NCBI GenBank assembly: GCA_947476275.1
Contig: CANJPQ010000003.1
Location: forward strand, 69,189-133,188
DNA length: 64,000 bases
Direction of reading: 5' to 3'
DNA from: Fidelibacterota bacterium
GTDB taxonomy: Bacteria > Pseudomonadota > Alphaproteobacteria > Rhodospirillales > Rhodospirillaceae
Shown here: positions 9,437 to 20,260 of the stretch, piece by piece
How the letters are laid out: each line of letters starts with the position of its first letter
How positions within the stretch are numbered: position 1 is the stretch's first letter
The notes under the pieces: generated by a model
Database searches by the model: none
Seen by the model: the letters and a program-made list of their open reading frames with translations, nothing else
Told to the model about the DNA's origin: nothing
Position numbers and translations under genes: made by a program

Positions 9437-10171
9437 TTAGCGGATGAAGAACTCGACCGGCAAGATCAGGTCGACCGGGTCGCCGGCGACCTCCGCCGGC
9501 GGGGCGGGCAGGGGGCTGGCGCGGCGCAGCAGGTCGAGGCTTTCGCCGTCAAGTAACGCGGCCCCGGCCGATTTTGCGAGCGCCACGCTGACTACGCGGC
9601 CCTGCCGATCCATGCTGAACCGCACATAGGCCACACCTTGCTGGCGCCGGGCGCGCGCCGTGGCGGGGTACTGCTTGTGCCGGGCGAGGTGGCTCAGCAG
9701 CAGACTCTGATAGGTGGCGACCGCCGCCTTGGCGTTCGGGACGACGCCGTTGCTGGCGGCGGCCTGCGGCGCGGCGGTCGGTGATGCCACGGTGATGGCG
9801 TCCGGGGCGGGGGCGGCATCGACCTCCGGGAGCTCCATGGCGACGACCTGGGGCGGCGCGATCCGCGGCGCGCTGGGGAGCGACGGTGGAGGCAGCACCT
9901 TTGTCTCCTGCACCAGGTCCACCAGCATCAGGGGCGCCGGCGCGCTGGCCACCTTTGGGGTGCCGAGGCCGTGGAAGGCCGTGAACATCAGCCCTGCCTG
10001 GAGCACCACGGTTGCGCCAATGGCGATCAGCCGGGAGCGCGAGCGTCCGGTCCGAGATACATGCGCAGAGCGCGGCTGCAGTCCGTCGAGCGCCTCCGCA
10101 GGGCGTTCCAGTGGCGAGAACTGCGTTTCAAATGAAGCCTTAAGGGCTGCGGCGCGGGTGGACGCATTCAT
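9437..10171 (-). CDS. tonB: energy transducer TonB
   Basis: Pro/Ala-rich spacer and C-terminal TonB domain (GVAYVRFSMDRQGRVVSVALAKSAGAALLDGESLDLLRRASPLPAPP). Start trimmed to ATG 10171 (MNASTRAA); the track start at 10243 would cover the operator-like dyad. Confidence 0.8.
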   Translation of the reverse strand: MNASTRAAALKASFETQFSPLERPAEALDGLQPRSAHVSRTGRSRSRLIAIGATVVLQAGLMFTAFHGLGTPKVASAPAPLMLVDLVQETKVLPPPSLPSAPRIAPPQVVAMELPEVDAAPAPDAITVASPTAAPQAAASNGVVPNAKAAVATYQSLLLSHLARHKQYPATARARRQQGVAYVRFSMDRQGRVVSVALAKSAGAALLDGESLDLLRRASPLPAPPAEVAGDPVDLILPVEFFIR

Positions 10172-10222
10172 GACCGAATCCTCGATGCGGGGCGTGAACC
10201 CTAATGCGCGGCGCTCGCTTCC

Positions 10223-10247
10223 GCAATTGCGACTTACTCGCAATTGC
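10223..10247. promoter_or_regulatory. perfect 10-5-10 inverted repeat in the tonB/receptor divergent region (candidate operator)
   Basis: GCAATTGCGA-cttac-TCGCAATTGC, followed by TATTGCGCAA. It lies about 52 nt from the tonB ATG and about 65 nt from the receptor ATG. Confidence 0.4.
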
Positions 10248-10311
10248 TATTGCGCAAACCCCAAGACTACAGTTAGGAATGACTCGCATTTGCAACTTAG
10301 GGGACTTTTTG

Positions 10312-12747
10312 ATGTCGCGTTCGATTTCTCGCCAACCGGCCCAAGACCACTTTTCAGCCCACTTTTCAGGCCGCACGACCTTGGTTTCCGCACTCGCCCT
10401 CTTGATTGCCGGGCCGGCGCTGGCCCAAACAACCACCACGACTCCATCGTCGCAAAGCGCGCCGATGATGCTCGACCCGGTCCGCGTCGAGACCGACGAG
10501 GAACGCGCGGCACGCAATGCGCTGAAGAACGCGCCGCCGATTTCGACGATGCCGACCACGAGCCTGCAGGACACGCCGCAGGCGGTGACCCTGGTCGACA
10601 GCGAGACCATGAAGCAGCAGGCGACGACCACGCTGGGTGAAGCGCTGCGCAACGTGCCTGGCATCACGATAGCCATCGGCGAAGGCGGCTCGCTCGCGGG
10701 CGACCAATTCCGCATCCGCGGCTTCGACTCCAAAGACGACGTCTACCTCGATGGCCTGCGCGACTTCGCGGCGTACACCCGCGACAGCTTTAACTTCGAG
10801 GAAGTGCAGGTGATGAAGGGGCCGTCAGGCCTGATGTTCGGCCGGGGTACCACCGGCGGTGCGATCAATTCGGTGTCCAAGACGGCGCATCTCGGCAATC
10901 GCTCGTCCGCGCATATCGAAGGCGGCAACGGCGACCGTGTACGCGCGACCGTCGACGGCAACTATCAGCTTTCCGATACGGCAGCATTCCGCGTCGCCGC
11001 GATGTACACGAATTCGGGTGTGGTCGATCGCGACTTCATTTTCTCGCACCGCTGGGGCATCGCACCGACGTTGTCGCTTGGGATCGGCCAGGACACGACA
11101 TTCACCCTGTCGTACATGCACCAGCATGCGAACGGTCGCCCGGACTACGGCCTCCCCATCGCCGTGACGGCGACCGACGTCAACGCCGTGCCGGTGTCCG
11201 AGCGCGGTGTGCCGCGCAACCGATTCCTCGGGTACCTGACCGACAAAGACACAAGCGAAGCCGACCTTGTGACGGCGAAGATCAGCCATATCGCCAACGA
11301 TTGGCTGACGATTTCCAACGACATGCGCGTCGGCGTCTATTCGCGCTATTTCCAGTACACGACCGTCGACCGCTGCGATGCCACGTCCGCGACCAACTTC
11401 TGCGCGCTGGTGGCGACCGGTCCAAATCCGACCGCGGCGCTTGCCGGGATCGGCGGCGGCGGTCCGTATCAGCAGGACAGCTGGGGTGTGCAGGACATCG
11501 TCAGCGCGAATGCCCTGTTCCATCTGGGCGGCATGAAAAGCCAGTTCGTGACCGGCATGGACGTGTCGTACCAAAAGGCGGATCGCACGATATACGCCTA
11601 CACCTTGCCGCCGGCGACGCAGTTCGTCTATCTCCTCGGCACCGGCACGGCGTCGCGCGCCAATATCGGCTTCAATCTCTATAACCCGGTCGTCACACCG
11701 CCGCCGGGCTACACGGTTGTTTTGCCGACACCCGCAAACGTCGCCAACACCAACGCGACCGCAACGACCATCGTCACTTCCGTTGGCGAAGCGACAGATC
11801 TGGCATTCTTCGCCACGGATCGCCTGTGGTTCTCGGACGCGTTGTCCGTGATTGCCGGGGTGCGCGTCGACAGCTATCACGCGAAGTTCAGCTCGACCAC
11901 GGTCGCGGGCGTCAATTCGGTCTTCAAGTCGCCATCCACGCTCGTCAATCCGCGCGGCAGCGTGGTGTATGAACCGAATGAAAACGCCACGTTCTATTTC
12001 TCCTACGGCAAGTCGTCGGTGCCGCAGGGAACGTCTGTGGTGGGCACGCCGACGCCGATCACGGCGGCCAATCAGGCGCTCGACCCCGAGAAGAGCGAGA
12101 CCTTCGAAATCGGTGCCAAGGTTAGCGTGTTCGACGGCAAGCTGGGCCTGACCGGATCTGTGTTCCAGGTGAAGAAGGACAATGCGGTCATCACGGATCC
12201 GGTGAGCGGCAACGTCACGCTGCAGTCGGGGCAGAAGCAGCGCGTGCGCGGCGTCGAGCTCTCCGCGACCGGCAGCGTGACGGAAGATCTGAGTGTCATC
12301 GCCGCCTACACCTACCTCGACCCGATCATCACCGCTGACCTGACGTGTGGAACCACCGCGCCCATCGTCTGCCGCCCCAACGTCTACACCATCGGTCGGC
12401 AGATCACCTTCGTGCCGAAGCATGGCGCGTCGCTGTGGGCGGACTACAAGTTGGAGAAGGTGGCCAAGGGTCTCTCGGTCGGCGGCGGCATCGTATATCA
12501 AAGCACGCTCTATAACGCCTACACGATTGCCGGTACGGCGCCGAACCCCACCGGGTTGTCGCGGATCGCGGTGATCCCGGAGACGATCCAGGTGGACGTC
12601 GTCGCGGCCTACCAGTTCGGCCGCTACAAGCTCCAGTTCAACATCAACAATCTGACAGACCGATTGAACTACGCGCAATCGTTCGGCAATCGCGGCACGC
12701 CGGCCGCGGGGCGCACGTTCATCGCCGCGCTCGACGTGAACTTCTGA
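10312..12747 (+). CDS. TonB-dependent siderophore receptor
   Basis: Signal peptide ...[10 protein letters not shown]. Plug motifs ([29 protein letters not shown]). Long beta-barrel ending ...[11 protein letters not shown]. Start trimmed to ATG 10312. Confidence 0.9.
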   Translation: MSRSISRQPAQDHFSAHFSGRTTLVSALALLIAGPALAQTTTTTPSSQSAPMMLDPVRVETDEERAARNALKNAPPISTMPTTSLQDTPQAVTLVDSETMKQQATTTLGEALRNVPGITIAIGEGGSLAGDQFRIRGFDSKDDVYLDGLRDFAAYTRDSFNFEEVQVMKGPSGLMFGRGTTGGAINSVSKTAHLGNRSSAHIEGGNGDRVRATVDGNYQLSDTAAFRVAAMYTNSGVVDRDFIFSHRWGIAPTLSLGIGQDTTFTLSYMHQHANGRPDYGLPIAVTATDVNAVPVSERGVPRNRFLGYLTDKDTSEADLVTAKISHIANDWLTISNDMRVGVYSRYFQYTTVDRCDATSATNFCALVATGPNPTAALAGIGGGGPYQQDSWGVQDIVSANALFHLGGMKSQFVTGMDVSYQKADRTIYAYTLPPATQFVYLLGTGTASRANIGFNLYNPVVTPPPGYTVVLPTPANVANTNATATTIVTSVGEATDLAFFATDRLWFSDALSVIAGVRVDSYHAKFSSTTVAGVNSVFKSPSTLVNPRGSVVYEPNENATFYFSYGKSSVPQGTSVVGTPTPITAANQALDPEKSETFEIGAKVSVFDGKLGLTGSVFQVKKDNAVITDPVSGNVTLQSGQKQRVRGVELSATGSVTEDLSVIAAYTYLDPIITADLTCGTTAPIVCRPNVYTIGRQITFVPKHGASLWADYKLEKVAKGLSVGGGIVYQSTLYNAYTIAGTAPNPTGLSRIAVIPETIQVDVVAAYQFGRYKLQFNINNLTDRLNYAQSFGNRGTPAAGRTFIAALDVNF

Positions 12748-12755
12748 GGATCATC

Positions 12756-13448
12756 ATGCTCGTTCAGATTCCCGGCCTGCTGTCGCCGGACGACGTTGAG
12801 GAATGCCGCGAGGCGCTGGAAGCTGCCGACTGGGTCGACGGTCGGGTGACGGCCGGCACCCAATCTGCGGGAGCGAAGCGCAATCTTCAACTGCCGGAAG
12901 ACTCAGGCATTGCCAAGGGCCTGGGCAAACTCATCCTCGCCAAGTTGGGGACCAACGAACGTTTCACGTCGGCGACGTTGGCGCTGCGCGTGTTTCCGCC
13001 GCTGTTCAATCGGTACGACGAGGGGATGACCTTCGGCACCCATATCGACAATGCGATCCGCTTCGTACCGGCGTCACTCGGCGCCGGCACGATCCGGGTG
13101 CGGACCGACCTGTCGGCGACCTTGTTCCTCAGCAAGCCGGCGGACTACGACGGCGGCGAACTTGTGGTGCTCGACACGTTCGGTGAGCACCGCGTGAAAC
13201 TGAACGCCGGGGACCTGGTGGTATACTCCGCCTCCAGTCGGCACCACGTCACGCCGATCACCCGCGGCAGCCGTTGGGCATCATTCTTCTGGATCCAAAG
13301 CATGGTGCGCGACGAGAGTGCGCGCGAGCAGCTGTTCGAATTGGACTCTGCGATCCAAGGTCTGCGCAAGCAGATTGGCGACAACGCCGAAGTGGTGACG
13401 CTGACCGGCCTGTATCACAACCTGTTGCGGCGGTGGGCCGACGTATGA
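12756..13448 (+). CDS. Fe(II)/2-oxoglutarate-dependent PKHD-type hydroxylase (PiuC/YbiX-like)
   Basis: [14 protein letters not shown]..., H-x-D in GTHIDNA, distal [14 protein letters not shown]; 230 aa. Sits directly after a TonB-dependent receptor, as in piuC loci. Confidence 0.85.
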   Translation: MLVQIPGLLSPDDVEECREALEAADWVDGRVTAGTQSAGAKRNLQLPEDSGIAKGLGKLILAKLGTNERFTSATLALRVFPPLFNRYDEGMTFGTHIDNAIRFVPASLGAGTIRVRTDLSATLFLSKPADYDGGELVVLDTFGEHRVKLNAGDLVVYSASSRHHVTPITRGSRWASFFWIQSMVRDESAREQLFELDSAIQGLRKQIGDNAEVVTLTGLYHNLLRRWADV

Positions 13449-14542
13449 ACGCAAATACACGCAAATTGTTCGGCACGATTCATCTGTGGATGGGACTGCT
13501 CGTCGGCATTCCCGCCGCCATTCTCGGCGTCACGGGCATTCTCCTGATGCTCGTGCATCCCTTGCCGGCGGAGGTGGGCGCGTCGATTCCCCCCGCCATC
13601 GATCGCACACTTGCGCTGGCACGCACCGCCGCGCCGGAAGGCGCGGTGGCGCAACAATTCGCGCCGCCCGAAGCTGCAGGCCAACCGGCCACGGTGCGCT
13701 TCGCGGTGCCTCGCACGTCAGAGAACCCGCGTGGCTTTGTGGCGGTAGAGATCGATCCTGCAACCGACACCATCGTGCCGCCAGCACCGCCTGCCGCTGC
13801 AGGGCTTTGGATGCAGATCATGCATGATCTTCACGGCAATCTGATGGTCGGAGGCCGCGAAGGGCGGCAAGTTGTCGGCTATGTTGGCATTGCGATGACG
13901 CTCATGGGCGTGACCGGCATCGTCATTTGGTGGCCGAAGCCGCGCAAATGGCGTGAGGCGTTCACGGTGAAGACAACCGGCACGACGCGGCGTCTGCTCC
14001 ACGACCTGCACGGTGCCGCGGGCATCTGGGGCCTGATCGTGTTCGTGATTGTCAGCGTTACGGGCGTGCTGATCGCGTTCCCGATTGGCGGCGCGCCGGG
14101 TGGAGGCCCACGTCAACGCGCGGTGGAAGAGGTTCCGCCGGCGTTCGAGCTGCATGTCGACGCAGCGGTCGCCGCAGCCGCGGCGAAGACTCCAGGCATG
14201 GGTCTGATCGACGTGGCAATGCCGCGCGGCCCGACGGACACCTATCGCATTCGGATGGCGCCCGCGGGGACCGAGCGGTCCGCGCCGCCGTTCATCGTGA
14301 CGGTGCGTGCCGACGCCAGCACTGTCGAGTCTGTTCGCGATCCCGCCAGCGCGCCGTTCAATGAGCGCTTGCGGGCGTGGAACCGGGCGTTGCACATGGG
14401 CATGGGGCTCGGATGGATCTGGTGGATCCTCGTCGCCGTCTCAGGCGTGCTGCCGGTGCTGTTCGCCATCACCGGCACCTGGCTTTGGTTGATCAAGCGG
14501 CGCAGCAAGGTGCCGATCGCGCAACAGGAGCCCGCGCAGTAG
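13445..14542 (+). CDS. PepSY-domain iron-regulated membrane protein (PiuB-like)
   Basis: ATGA overlap with the hydroxylase gene. Has N- and C-terminal TM helices with HLWMGL / LHMGMGLG motifs. Confidence 0.8.
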   Translation: MNANTRKLFGTIHLWMGLLVGIPAAILGVTGILLMLVHPLPAEVGASIPPAIDRTLALARTAAPEGAVAQQFAPPEAAGQPATVRFAVPRTSENPRGFVAVEIDPATDTIVPPAPPAAAGLWMQIMHDLHGNLMVGGREGRQVVGYVGIAMTLMGVTGIVIWWPKPRKWREAFTVKTTGTTRRLLHDLHGAAGIWGLIVFVIVSVTGVLIAFPIGGAPGGGPRQRAVEEVPPAFELHVDAAVAAAAAKTPGMGLIDVAMPRGPTDTYRIRMAPAGTERSAPPFIVTVRADASTVESVRDPASAPFNERLRAWNRALHMGMGLGWIWWILVAVSGVLPVLFAITGTWLWLIKRRSKVPIAQQEPAQ

Positions 14543-14545
14543 CGA

Positions 14546-15493
14546 CTACGCCGCGGGTGCGGCTTTCCTGAAGAGGGGCAGCGCCTTCAGCGGCTTTTCG
14601 CCGGGCACGGGGAAAGCGGGGCCTAACGCTTGACGCCATTCGACGGCGGCATCGACGAGGCGCTTTTCCTTGATGTGATGTTCGGCCAGCGCCGCGCGCC
14701 AATAGGACGCCTTCGCCTTGCCGCGCCAGCCTTCGCCGAGGTCCAGCGCCGTGCGCCCACCCGGGGGCCTGATCGAGGTGGCGGCGCGGCTGCGCATCCA
14801 CGCCCAGAATTCCATGATCGCGCGCTCCATGTCGTAGGCGCGCGGCGCGCTGGCGTAGAACTCCTGGACCAGCAGTTCGAGGCCGAATGGCGCGATCGGC
14901 ACGTCGGCGTGCAAGCGCCACGCCTTCATGGCGGCGAGCAGCAGGCGCGGGCGGCCGCCGTACATACTGTCCGAGAGCCGCAGCGTGGCGGCTTCGGCGA
15001 GGGGATTGGTGATGCTCCACCCCGATGCGCGGTCGAGCGTCGCGGGGCCGGGCATGAGGAAGCCGCCTTCGTGCAGTCGCGCCGGCCACACTTTCACCGT
15101 GAGCGCACCGCGCATAATGATGACGCCCGAATCGTCAGGGGCGGCGGTTGCCGCGCCATAGCGATGGTGCAGCACGGCCTGCACGATCTTCAGGGCATCC
15201 GCCGCGCGCGGGCTGACGAGCTTCGGCGGCAGGGCGTAGAGCACATCCACGGTGGTGATCGGCGCAATCGCCGTGCGCTTGCCGACCGAGCCGGTAATAA
15301 CGTGATCGACGAAATCGAAGCCGGCCTTGGGTGTAAGTTCGGCGCGCAAGGCAAGCGCGACATCGGTGCCGACGGCGCGCGCATCCCCGTAGGCGGTGGG
15401 TGACGGCACCAGGCGGCGTAGGAACACGCCGAAGCAGCCGCTCAAACTCACGTCTTCGCCGGGCGCTTTGCGCGGCAAATCGTGCGTCCGCAC
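14546..15493 (-). CDS. SMODS/CD-NTase-like nucleotidyltransferase-fold protein, catalytic residues degenerate
   Basis: ITGSVGKRTAIAPITTVDVLYALP, LTVKVWPAR, and WSITNPLAE...RLLLAAMKAWR. The start is uncertain: GTG 15493 or GTG 15452. The track start at 15613 overlaps the nrdJ 3' end by 79 nt. Confidence 0.6.
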   Translation of the reverse strand: MRTHDLPRKAPGEDVSLSGCFGVFLRRLVPSPTAYGDARAVGTDVALALRAELTPKAGFDFVDHVITGSVGKRTAIAPITTVDVLYALPPKLVSPRAADALKIVQAVLHHRYGAATAAPDDSGVIIMRGALTVKVWPARLHEGGFLMPGPATLDRASGWSITNPLAEAATLRLSDSMYGGRPRLLLAAMKAWRLHADVPIAPFGLELLVQEFYASAPRAYDMERAIMEFWAWMRSRAATSIRPPGGRTALDLGEGWRGKAKASYWRAALAEHHIKEKRLVDAAVEWRQALGPAFPVPGEKPLKALPLFRKAAPAA

Positions 15494-15534
15494 CGGATCG
15501 GCGGAAGGATTGGTCGCGAGGGCGGCGGGAAGGC

Positions 15535-18500
15535 TCACGAGCAGCCGGAGGTGGTGCCGCAGGTCTCGCACTTCATGCACGTACCGCTGCGCACGAGGGT
15601 GAAGTTGCCGCACTCGGAACAGTTGTCGCCCTCGTAGCCCTTCATGCGCGCGACCCGAACCGCGCTGGTGCGGGACTCGGTGACTTCCGTCACGCGCGTG
15701 GTGACTTCGACTTTCTCAGCCACCGCCGTCTGACTCATGGTGGCGCCGCCGCCGCCCATGCTCGAGACGGCGTTGGTGCTCACGGCATTCGACTGATTCG
15801 ATGCCGACGGTCCGCGCGCACCGGGCTTGATGAAGTAGAGGTTCGACGAACGGATGAAGCCCTGGCTCACGGTCTTCTCCGCGATCTGCAGCAGCTTCAG
15901 CGCCTTCTCACCCTCGCCCATGGCGTCCGGCAGGATGTCGTGCGGCATGGCGTGGGCGAGGTCGTTGCGGCCCAGGTAGGAGATGGCGAGCTCGCGGAAG
16001 ATGTAGTCGAGGATCGACGTGGCCATCTTCACCGACGAGTTGCCTTCGACCGGACCCGCCGGGTCGAAGCGTGTGAAGGTGAACGCATCGACGTATTCCT
16101 CCAGCGGCACGCCGTACTGAAGGCCGATGGAAATGGCGATGGCGAAGTTGTTCATCAGGCTGCGGAACGCCGCGCCTTCCTTGTGCATGTCGATGAAGAT
16201 CTCGCCGATGTGGCCGTCGTCGTATTCGCCAGTGCGCAGATAGACCTTGTGCCCGCCGACCGTGGCCTTCTGTGTATAACCCTTGCGGCGGTCCGGCATC
16301 TTCTGCCGTTCGCGCTGGACCACGCGTTCGATGATGCGTTCGGCGACGATCTCGGCGCGGGCGGCGGCGGGGGCCTGCTGGATCTGTTCGACCACAGGCT
16401 CGTCGTCGACCATCTCCTCGTCTTCGAGGATCGAGCTTGCCAGGGGCTGCGACAGCTTGGAGCCGTCGCGATACAGCGCATTGGCCTTAAGGCCGAGCTT
16501 CCACGAGGTGATGTAAGCGTTCTTGCAATCGTCGACCGTCGCATTGCCCGGCATGTTGATGGTCTTGGAGATCGCACCGGAAATGAACGGCTGCGCCGCC
16601 GCCATCATGCCGATATGGCTGGACGTCGACAGTGAGCGCTTGCCGTCGCGACCGCAGGGGTTGGCGCAATCGAACACCGGCAGGTGTTCGGCCTTCAGGT
16701 GCGGGGCGTCCTCCAGCGTCATGGCGCCGCAGACGTAGGTGTTTGCGGCCGCGATGTCGGTGCGACTGAAGCCAAGCGCCTCGAGCATATTGAAGGCCGG
16801 GTCCATGAGCTGTTCTTCATCGAAGCCCAGCTTGTCGATGCAGAACTCATCGCCCAGCGTGTAGCGATTGAACACGAACTTGATATCGAAGGCGCCCAAC
16901 AGCGACGCCTCGACCTTCTGCAGCGCGTCCGGCGTGAAGCCGCGATCCTGCAAGGCCGGCACGTTGATGCCGGGTGCGCCTTTGAGGGTCGCGTGCCCGA
17001 CCGCATAGGCGCCGATGTCCGCGATCTGGTCCTGGGTGTAGCCCAAGGTCTTGAGGGCCAGCGGCACCATGCGATTGATGATCTTGAAGTAACCGCCGCC
17101 GGCGAGCGTCTTGAACTTCACCAGGGCAAAGTCCGGCTCGATGCCGGTGGTGTCGCAATCCATCACCAGGCCGATGGTGCCGGTGGGGGCGATCACGCTG
17201 ACCTGGGCGTTCCTGTATCCGTGCGCGGTGCCGAGTTCCAGTGCACGGTCCCAGGCGCGCTTCGCCGCGGCGACCACGGCGCTGTCGGGGCAGGCGGCGG
17301 CGTCGAGCGGCACCGGCTTGATCGGCAGGGCGTCATAGCCCTCGCGATGACCGTAAGCTGCGCGGCGATGATTGCGGATGACCCGCAGCATGTCGTCACG
17401 ATTGGCGGGGTAGGTGGGGAATGCGCCCAACTCTTCCGCCATCTCGGCTGACGTGGCGTAGGACTCGCCGGTCATCAGCGCGGTGATGCCGGCGCACAGC
17501 GCGCGGCCTTCGTCGCTGTCGTACGAAAGGCCGTTGGACATCAGCAAGGCGCCGAGGTTGGCGTATCCGAGCCCTAGCGTGCGGTAGGCGTAGGAACGTT
17601 CGGCGATTTCTTTCGACGGGAACTGCGCCATCAACACGGAGATTTCCAGTGTGATGGTCCACAGGCGCGACGCATGTGCAAATGCCTCCGCGTCGAAGGT
17701 GCCGTCGTCTTTCCGGAATGCCATCAAGTTGAGCGAGGCGAGATTGCACGCCGTGTTGTCGAGGAACATGTACTCGGAGCACGGATTGGACGCGTTGATG
17801 CGCCCGCCTTGGGGGCAGGTGTGCCAGGCATTGATGGTGGTATCGAACTGCAGGCCCGGGTCCGCGACCTGCCAGGCCGCCTCGCCGATGCTGTCCCAAA
17901 GCTGCCTTGCCTTCAAGGTCTTGGCGACGCCGCCGAGGCGGTTCATCAGGTTCCAGTCCGCATCGTCGGCGACGGCCTTCAGGAAGTCGTCCGTGACGCG
18001 CACGCTGTTGTTGCCGTTCTGGCCAGAGACGGTGGCGTAGGCTTCGGAATCCCAATCGGTGTCGAACAGCGGCACGTCGATGGAGGCATAGCCTTGGCGC
18101 ACGAACTGCATCGCGCGCTGGATCATGTTCTCCGGCAATAGCGCTTCCTTCGCGCCCTTCACGGCGCGGCGCAGGGCGCGGTTCTTCTTCACGTCGAAAC
18201 GGTCTTCGGTATCCGCGCCGTCCCACTCACGCGTGGCGCGCATGATCGCGTTCAGGTGCCGATGGGCGAGGCGCGAGCCGGTCACCATCGCGGCGACCTT
18301 GTGTTCTTCGCGCACCTTCCAGTCGATGAACTCTTCGATATCCGGGTGATCGACGTTCAGGATCACCATCTTCGCCGCGCGGCGCGTGGTGCCGCCGGAC
18401 TTGATGGCGCCGGCGGCGCGGTCGCCGATCTTGAGCCAGCTCATCAGGCCGGAGGACTTGCCGCCGCCGGAGAGTTTTTCGCCTTCGGCGCGGAGCGACG

Positions 18501-19212
18501 AGAAGTTCGTGCCGGTGCCGGAGCCGTACTTGAACAGGCGCGCTTCGCGCACCCACAGGTCCATGATGCCGCCGTCGTTGACCAGATCGTCGGAGACGGA
18601 CTGGATGAAACAGGCATGGGGCTGCGGGTGTTCGTAGGAACTCTGCGCGCGCACCAGGGCGCCGCTCTTGAAGTCGACGTAGAAGTGGCCTTGCGAAGGG
18701 CCGTCGATGCCATAAGCCCAGTGCAGGCCAGTGTTGAACCACTGCGGCGAATTCGGCGCGGCGATCTGGCGCGCGAGCATGGCCCGCATCTCGTCGAAGT
18801 AAGCGCGCGCGTCCACGTCGCTATCGAAGTAGCCGGCTTTCCAGCCCCAATATGCCCAGCAGCCGGCAAGGCGGTCGAACACTTCGCGTGCGTCGGTCTC
18901 GCCGACATAGCGCTGTTCCGCCGGAAGGTCGTTGAGTTCGGCGCTCGCGGGCACTTTGCGCCACAGGAAGTCGGGGACGTCCGGCTCAGCAACCGGCACC
19001 AGACATGCAGCGATGCCGGCACGGCGGAAGTATTTCTGGGCGAGCACATCGCAAGCGACCTGCGACCAACTCGCCGGGACGGTTACGCCCGCCTGCGTGA
19101 AGACCACCGAGCCATCCGGGTTGCGGATCTCGCTCGCCATTTCCCGGAAATCCAGCCCGTCGTAGGGGCCGGTCCCCTTGGTCGTGAACCGTCGCGCTAT
19201 CCGCATCGCCAA
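15535..19212 (-). CDS. nrdJ: vitamin B12-dependent (class II) ribonucleotide reductase
   Basis: 1225 aa. [21 protein letters not shown] active-site region. C-terminal [22 protein letters not shown] zinc-ribbon-like tail. Confidence 0.95.
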   Translation of the reverse strand: MAMRIARRFTTKGTGPYDGLDFREMASEIRNPDGSVVFTQAGVTVPASWSQVACDVLAQKYFRRAGIAACLVPVAEPDVPDFLWRKVPASAELNDLPAEQRYVGETDAREVFDRLAGCWAYWGWKAGYFDSDVDARAYFDEMRAMLARQIAAPNSPQWFNTGLHWAYGIDGPSQGHFYVDFKSGALVRAQSSYEHPQPHACFIQSVSDDLVNDGGIMDLWVREARLFKYGSGTGTNFSSLRAEGEKLSGGGKSSGLMSWLKIGDRAAGAIKSGGTTRRAAKMVILNVDHPDIEEFIDWKVREEHKVAAMVTGSRLAHRHLNAIMRATREWDGADTEDRFDVKKNRALRRAVKGAKEALLPENMIQRAMQFVRQGYASIDVPLFDTDWDSEAYATVSGQNGNNSVRVTDDFLKAVADDADWNLMNRLGGVAKTLKARQLWDSIGEAAWQVADPGLQFDTTINAWHTCPQGGRINASNPCSEYMFLDNTACNLASLNLMAFRKDDGTFDAEAFAHASRLWTITLEISVLMAQFPSKEIAERSYAYRTLGLGYANLGALLMSNGLSYDSDEGRALCAGITALMTGESYATSAEMAEELGAFPTYPANRDDMLRVIRNHRRAAYGHREGYDALPIKPVPLDAAACPDSAVVAAAKRAWDRALELGTAHGYRNAQVSVIAPTGTIGLVMDCDTTGIEPDFALVKFKTLAGGGYFKIINRMVPLALKTLGYTQDQIADIGAYAVGHATLKGAPGINVPALQDRGFTPDALQKVEASLLGAFDIKFVFNRYTLGDEFCIDKLGFDEEQLMDPAFNMLEALGFSRTDIAAANTYVCGAMTLEDAPHLKAEHLPVFDCANPCGRDGKRSLSTSSHIGMMAAAQPFISGAISKTINMPGNATVDDCKNAYITSWKLGLKANALYRDGSKLSQPLASSILEDEEMVDDEPVVEQIQQAPAAARAEIVAERIIERVVQRERQKMPDRRKGYTQKATVGGHKVYLRTGEYDDGHIGEIFIDMHKEGAAFRSLMNNFAIAISIGLQYGVPLEEYVDAFTFTRFDPAGPVEGNSSVKMATSILDYIFRELAISYLGRNDLAHAMPHDILPDAMGEGEKALKLLQIAEKTVSQGFIRSSNLYFIKPGARGPSASNQSNAVSTNAVSSMGGGGATMSQTAVAEKVEVTTRVTEVTESRTSAVRVARMKGYEGDNCSECGNFTLVRSGTCMKCETCGTTSGCS

Positions 19213-19423
19213 AACTCCTTGAGGCCGCCGAAAAAGGCAGCCGGATCAAGGTCTTAGCCACCACATATGGTATGGTGGCTTCCCCGTGACCCTAGATTAT
19301 GTGAACGCTCGGCTAAAGGCAAAGGTTAACAACTATATCTTGGGGGTGCCTGGAGGGTGTCCGGCCCTAGCGTGCGGGTGCGAAAATGGTATTGTGCCCA
19401 GAGATTTAGCGGAGAACTGCGCG

Positions 19424-19774
19424 ATGACGTTCGGGACCTGGCTCCACACCAAACTTCACGGGGAGCACGTGGGCGAAGATGCTTACGGCAACGTTTACTA
19501 CAAGTCGAAGCGCGTCCGGTCCGGCGGCCGTGAGGAACGTTGGGTGATCTATAAGGGCGAAGCCGAGGCCTCCAAGGTGCCGCCGGAGTGGCATGGCTGG
19601 CTGCATCACACCGTCAACGCCCCACTCGAGACGCCCAAGCAAACGTGGATCAAGCCCCACCAAGCCAACATGACCGGCACCGACAAGGCCTACCTGCCGC
19701 CCGGCCACGACCAGCGCGGCGGCGAACGCGCCAAGGCGACCGGCGACTACCAGGCCTGGACGCCGGAATCCTGA
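19424..19774 (+). CDS. NADH:ubiquinone oxidoreductase subunit NDUFA12-like protein
   Basis: MTFGTWLHTKLHGEHVGEDAYGNVYY...RWVIY...VPPEWHGWLHHT. ATG with a GGAGA Shine-Dalgarno. The track ORF start at 19286 was rejected. Confidence 0.85.
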   Translation: MTFGTWLHTKLHGEHVGEDAYGNVYYKSKRVRSGGREERWVIYKGEAEASKVPPEWHGWLHHTVNAPLETPKQTWIKPHQANMTGTDKAYLPPGHDQRGGERAKATGDYQAWTPES

Positions 19775-19783
19775 CCATCCTCC

Positions 19784-20260
19784 GTGCCCGCCATGTCCCG
19801 TACTGAGCGACGCGAGTTCGCGACCGGGGCGGTGGCGACTCTCGTGATCGTCGCCATCCTGATCGGTTCCGCTATGGCCAACCGCCGCCGCACGGAAGGC
19901 GCAGCCGGCGCGTTCCAGGTCACGGCGGCGTTCGCGCGCGTGGACGGAATCAATGTCGGCAGTCCGGTGCGCGTCGCGGGCATGGAGATCGGCAAGGTCG
20001 CGCGCATGACGCTGGACGACAGCTACCGCGCGGTGCTGACGTTGGAGTTTCCAAAAGCCTTGGATTTGAGCGAAGACAGTTCGGCGGCGATCCAAACCGA
20101 CGGCTTGTTCGGCAGTAAGTTCGTCGAAGTCCAACCCGGCGGCTCTGACGGTGCGATCAAATCCGGCGGCCGAATTTCCTACGTGCAGGACTCCGTGATT
20201 CTCGAAGACCTCATCGCCACCATCGTCGCCCGCGCCAAGACCTTGCGGGGTGAGCCGTGA
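19784..20260 (+). CDS. mlaD: MlaD/MCE-domain protein, paralog 1
   Basis: N-terminal TM helix followed by an MCE domain (FQVTAAFARVDGINVGSPVRVAGMEIGKV...). An alternative ATG lies at 19793. Confidence 0.8.
   Translation: MPAMSRTERREFATGAVATLVIVAILIGSAMANRRRTEGAAGAFQVTAAFARVDGINVGSPVRVAGMEIGKVARMTLDDSYRAVLTLEFPKALDLSEDSSAAIQTDGLFGSKFVEVQPGGSDGAIKSGGRISYVQDSVILEDLIATIVARAKTLRGEP

Noticed and set aside
10825-12678. 617-aa minus-strand ORF inside the TonB-dependent receptor gene
   Set aside because: It is an antisense shadow of a gene with clear plug and barrel motifs. The sequence is Arg-rich and motif-free.
13445-19212. Considered calling the SMODS-like gene part of a CBASS defence operon
   Set aside because: There is no effector, no Cap2/Cap3-like genes and no mobile-element context. 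The NTase catalytic residues are degenerate, and the neighbours are housekeeping genes (nrdJ, piuB).
15400-19257. Several 250-410-aa plus-strand ORFs opposite nrdJ
   Set aside because: They are antisense shadows of nrdJ with Arg/Gly/His-rich junk composition.
19213-19423. Looked for a cobalamin riboswitch upstream of nrdJ
   Set aside because: No B12-box-like core was recognised, and a B12-dependent RNR is not the expected target of B12 repression.
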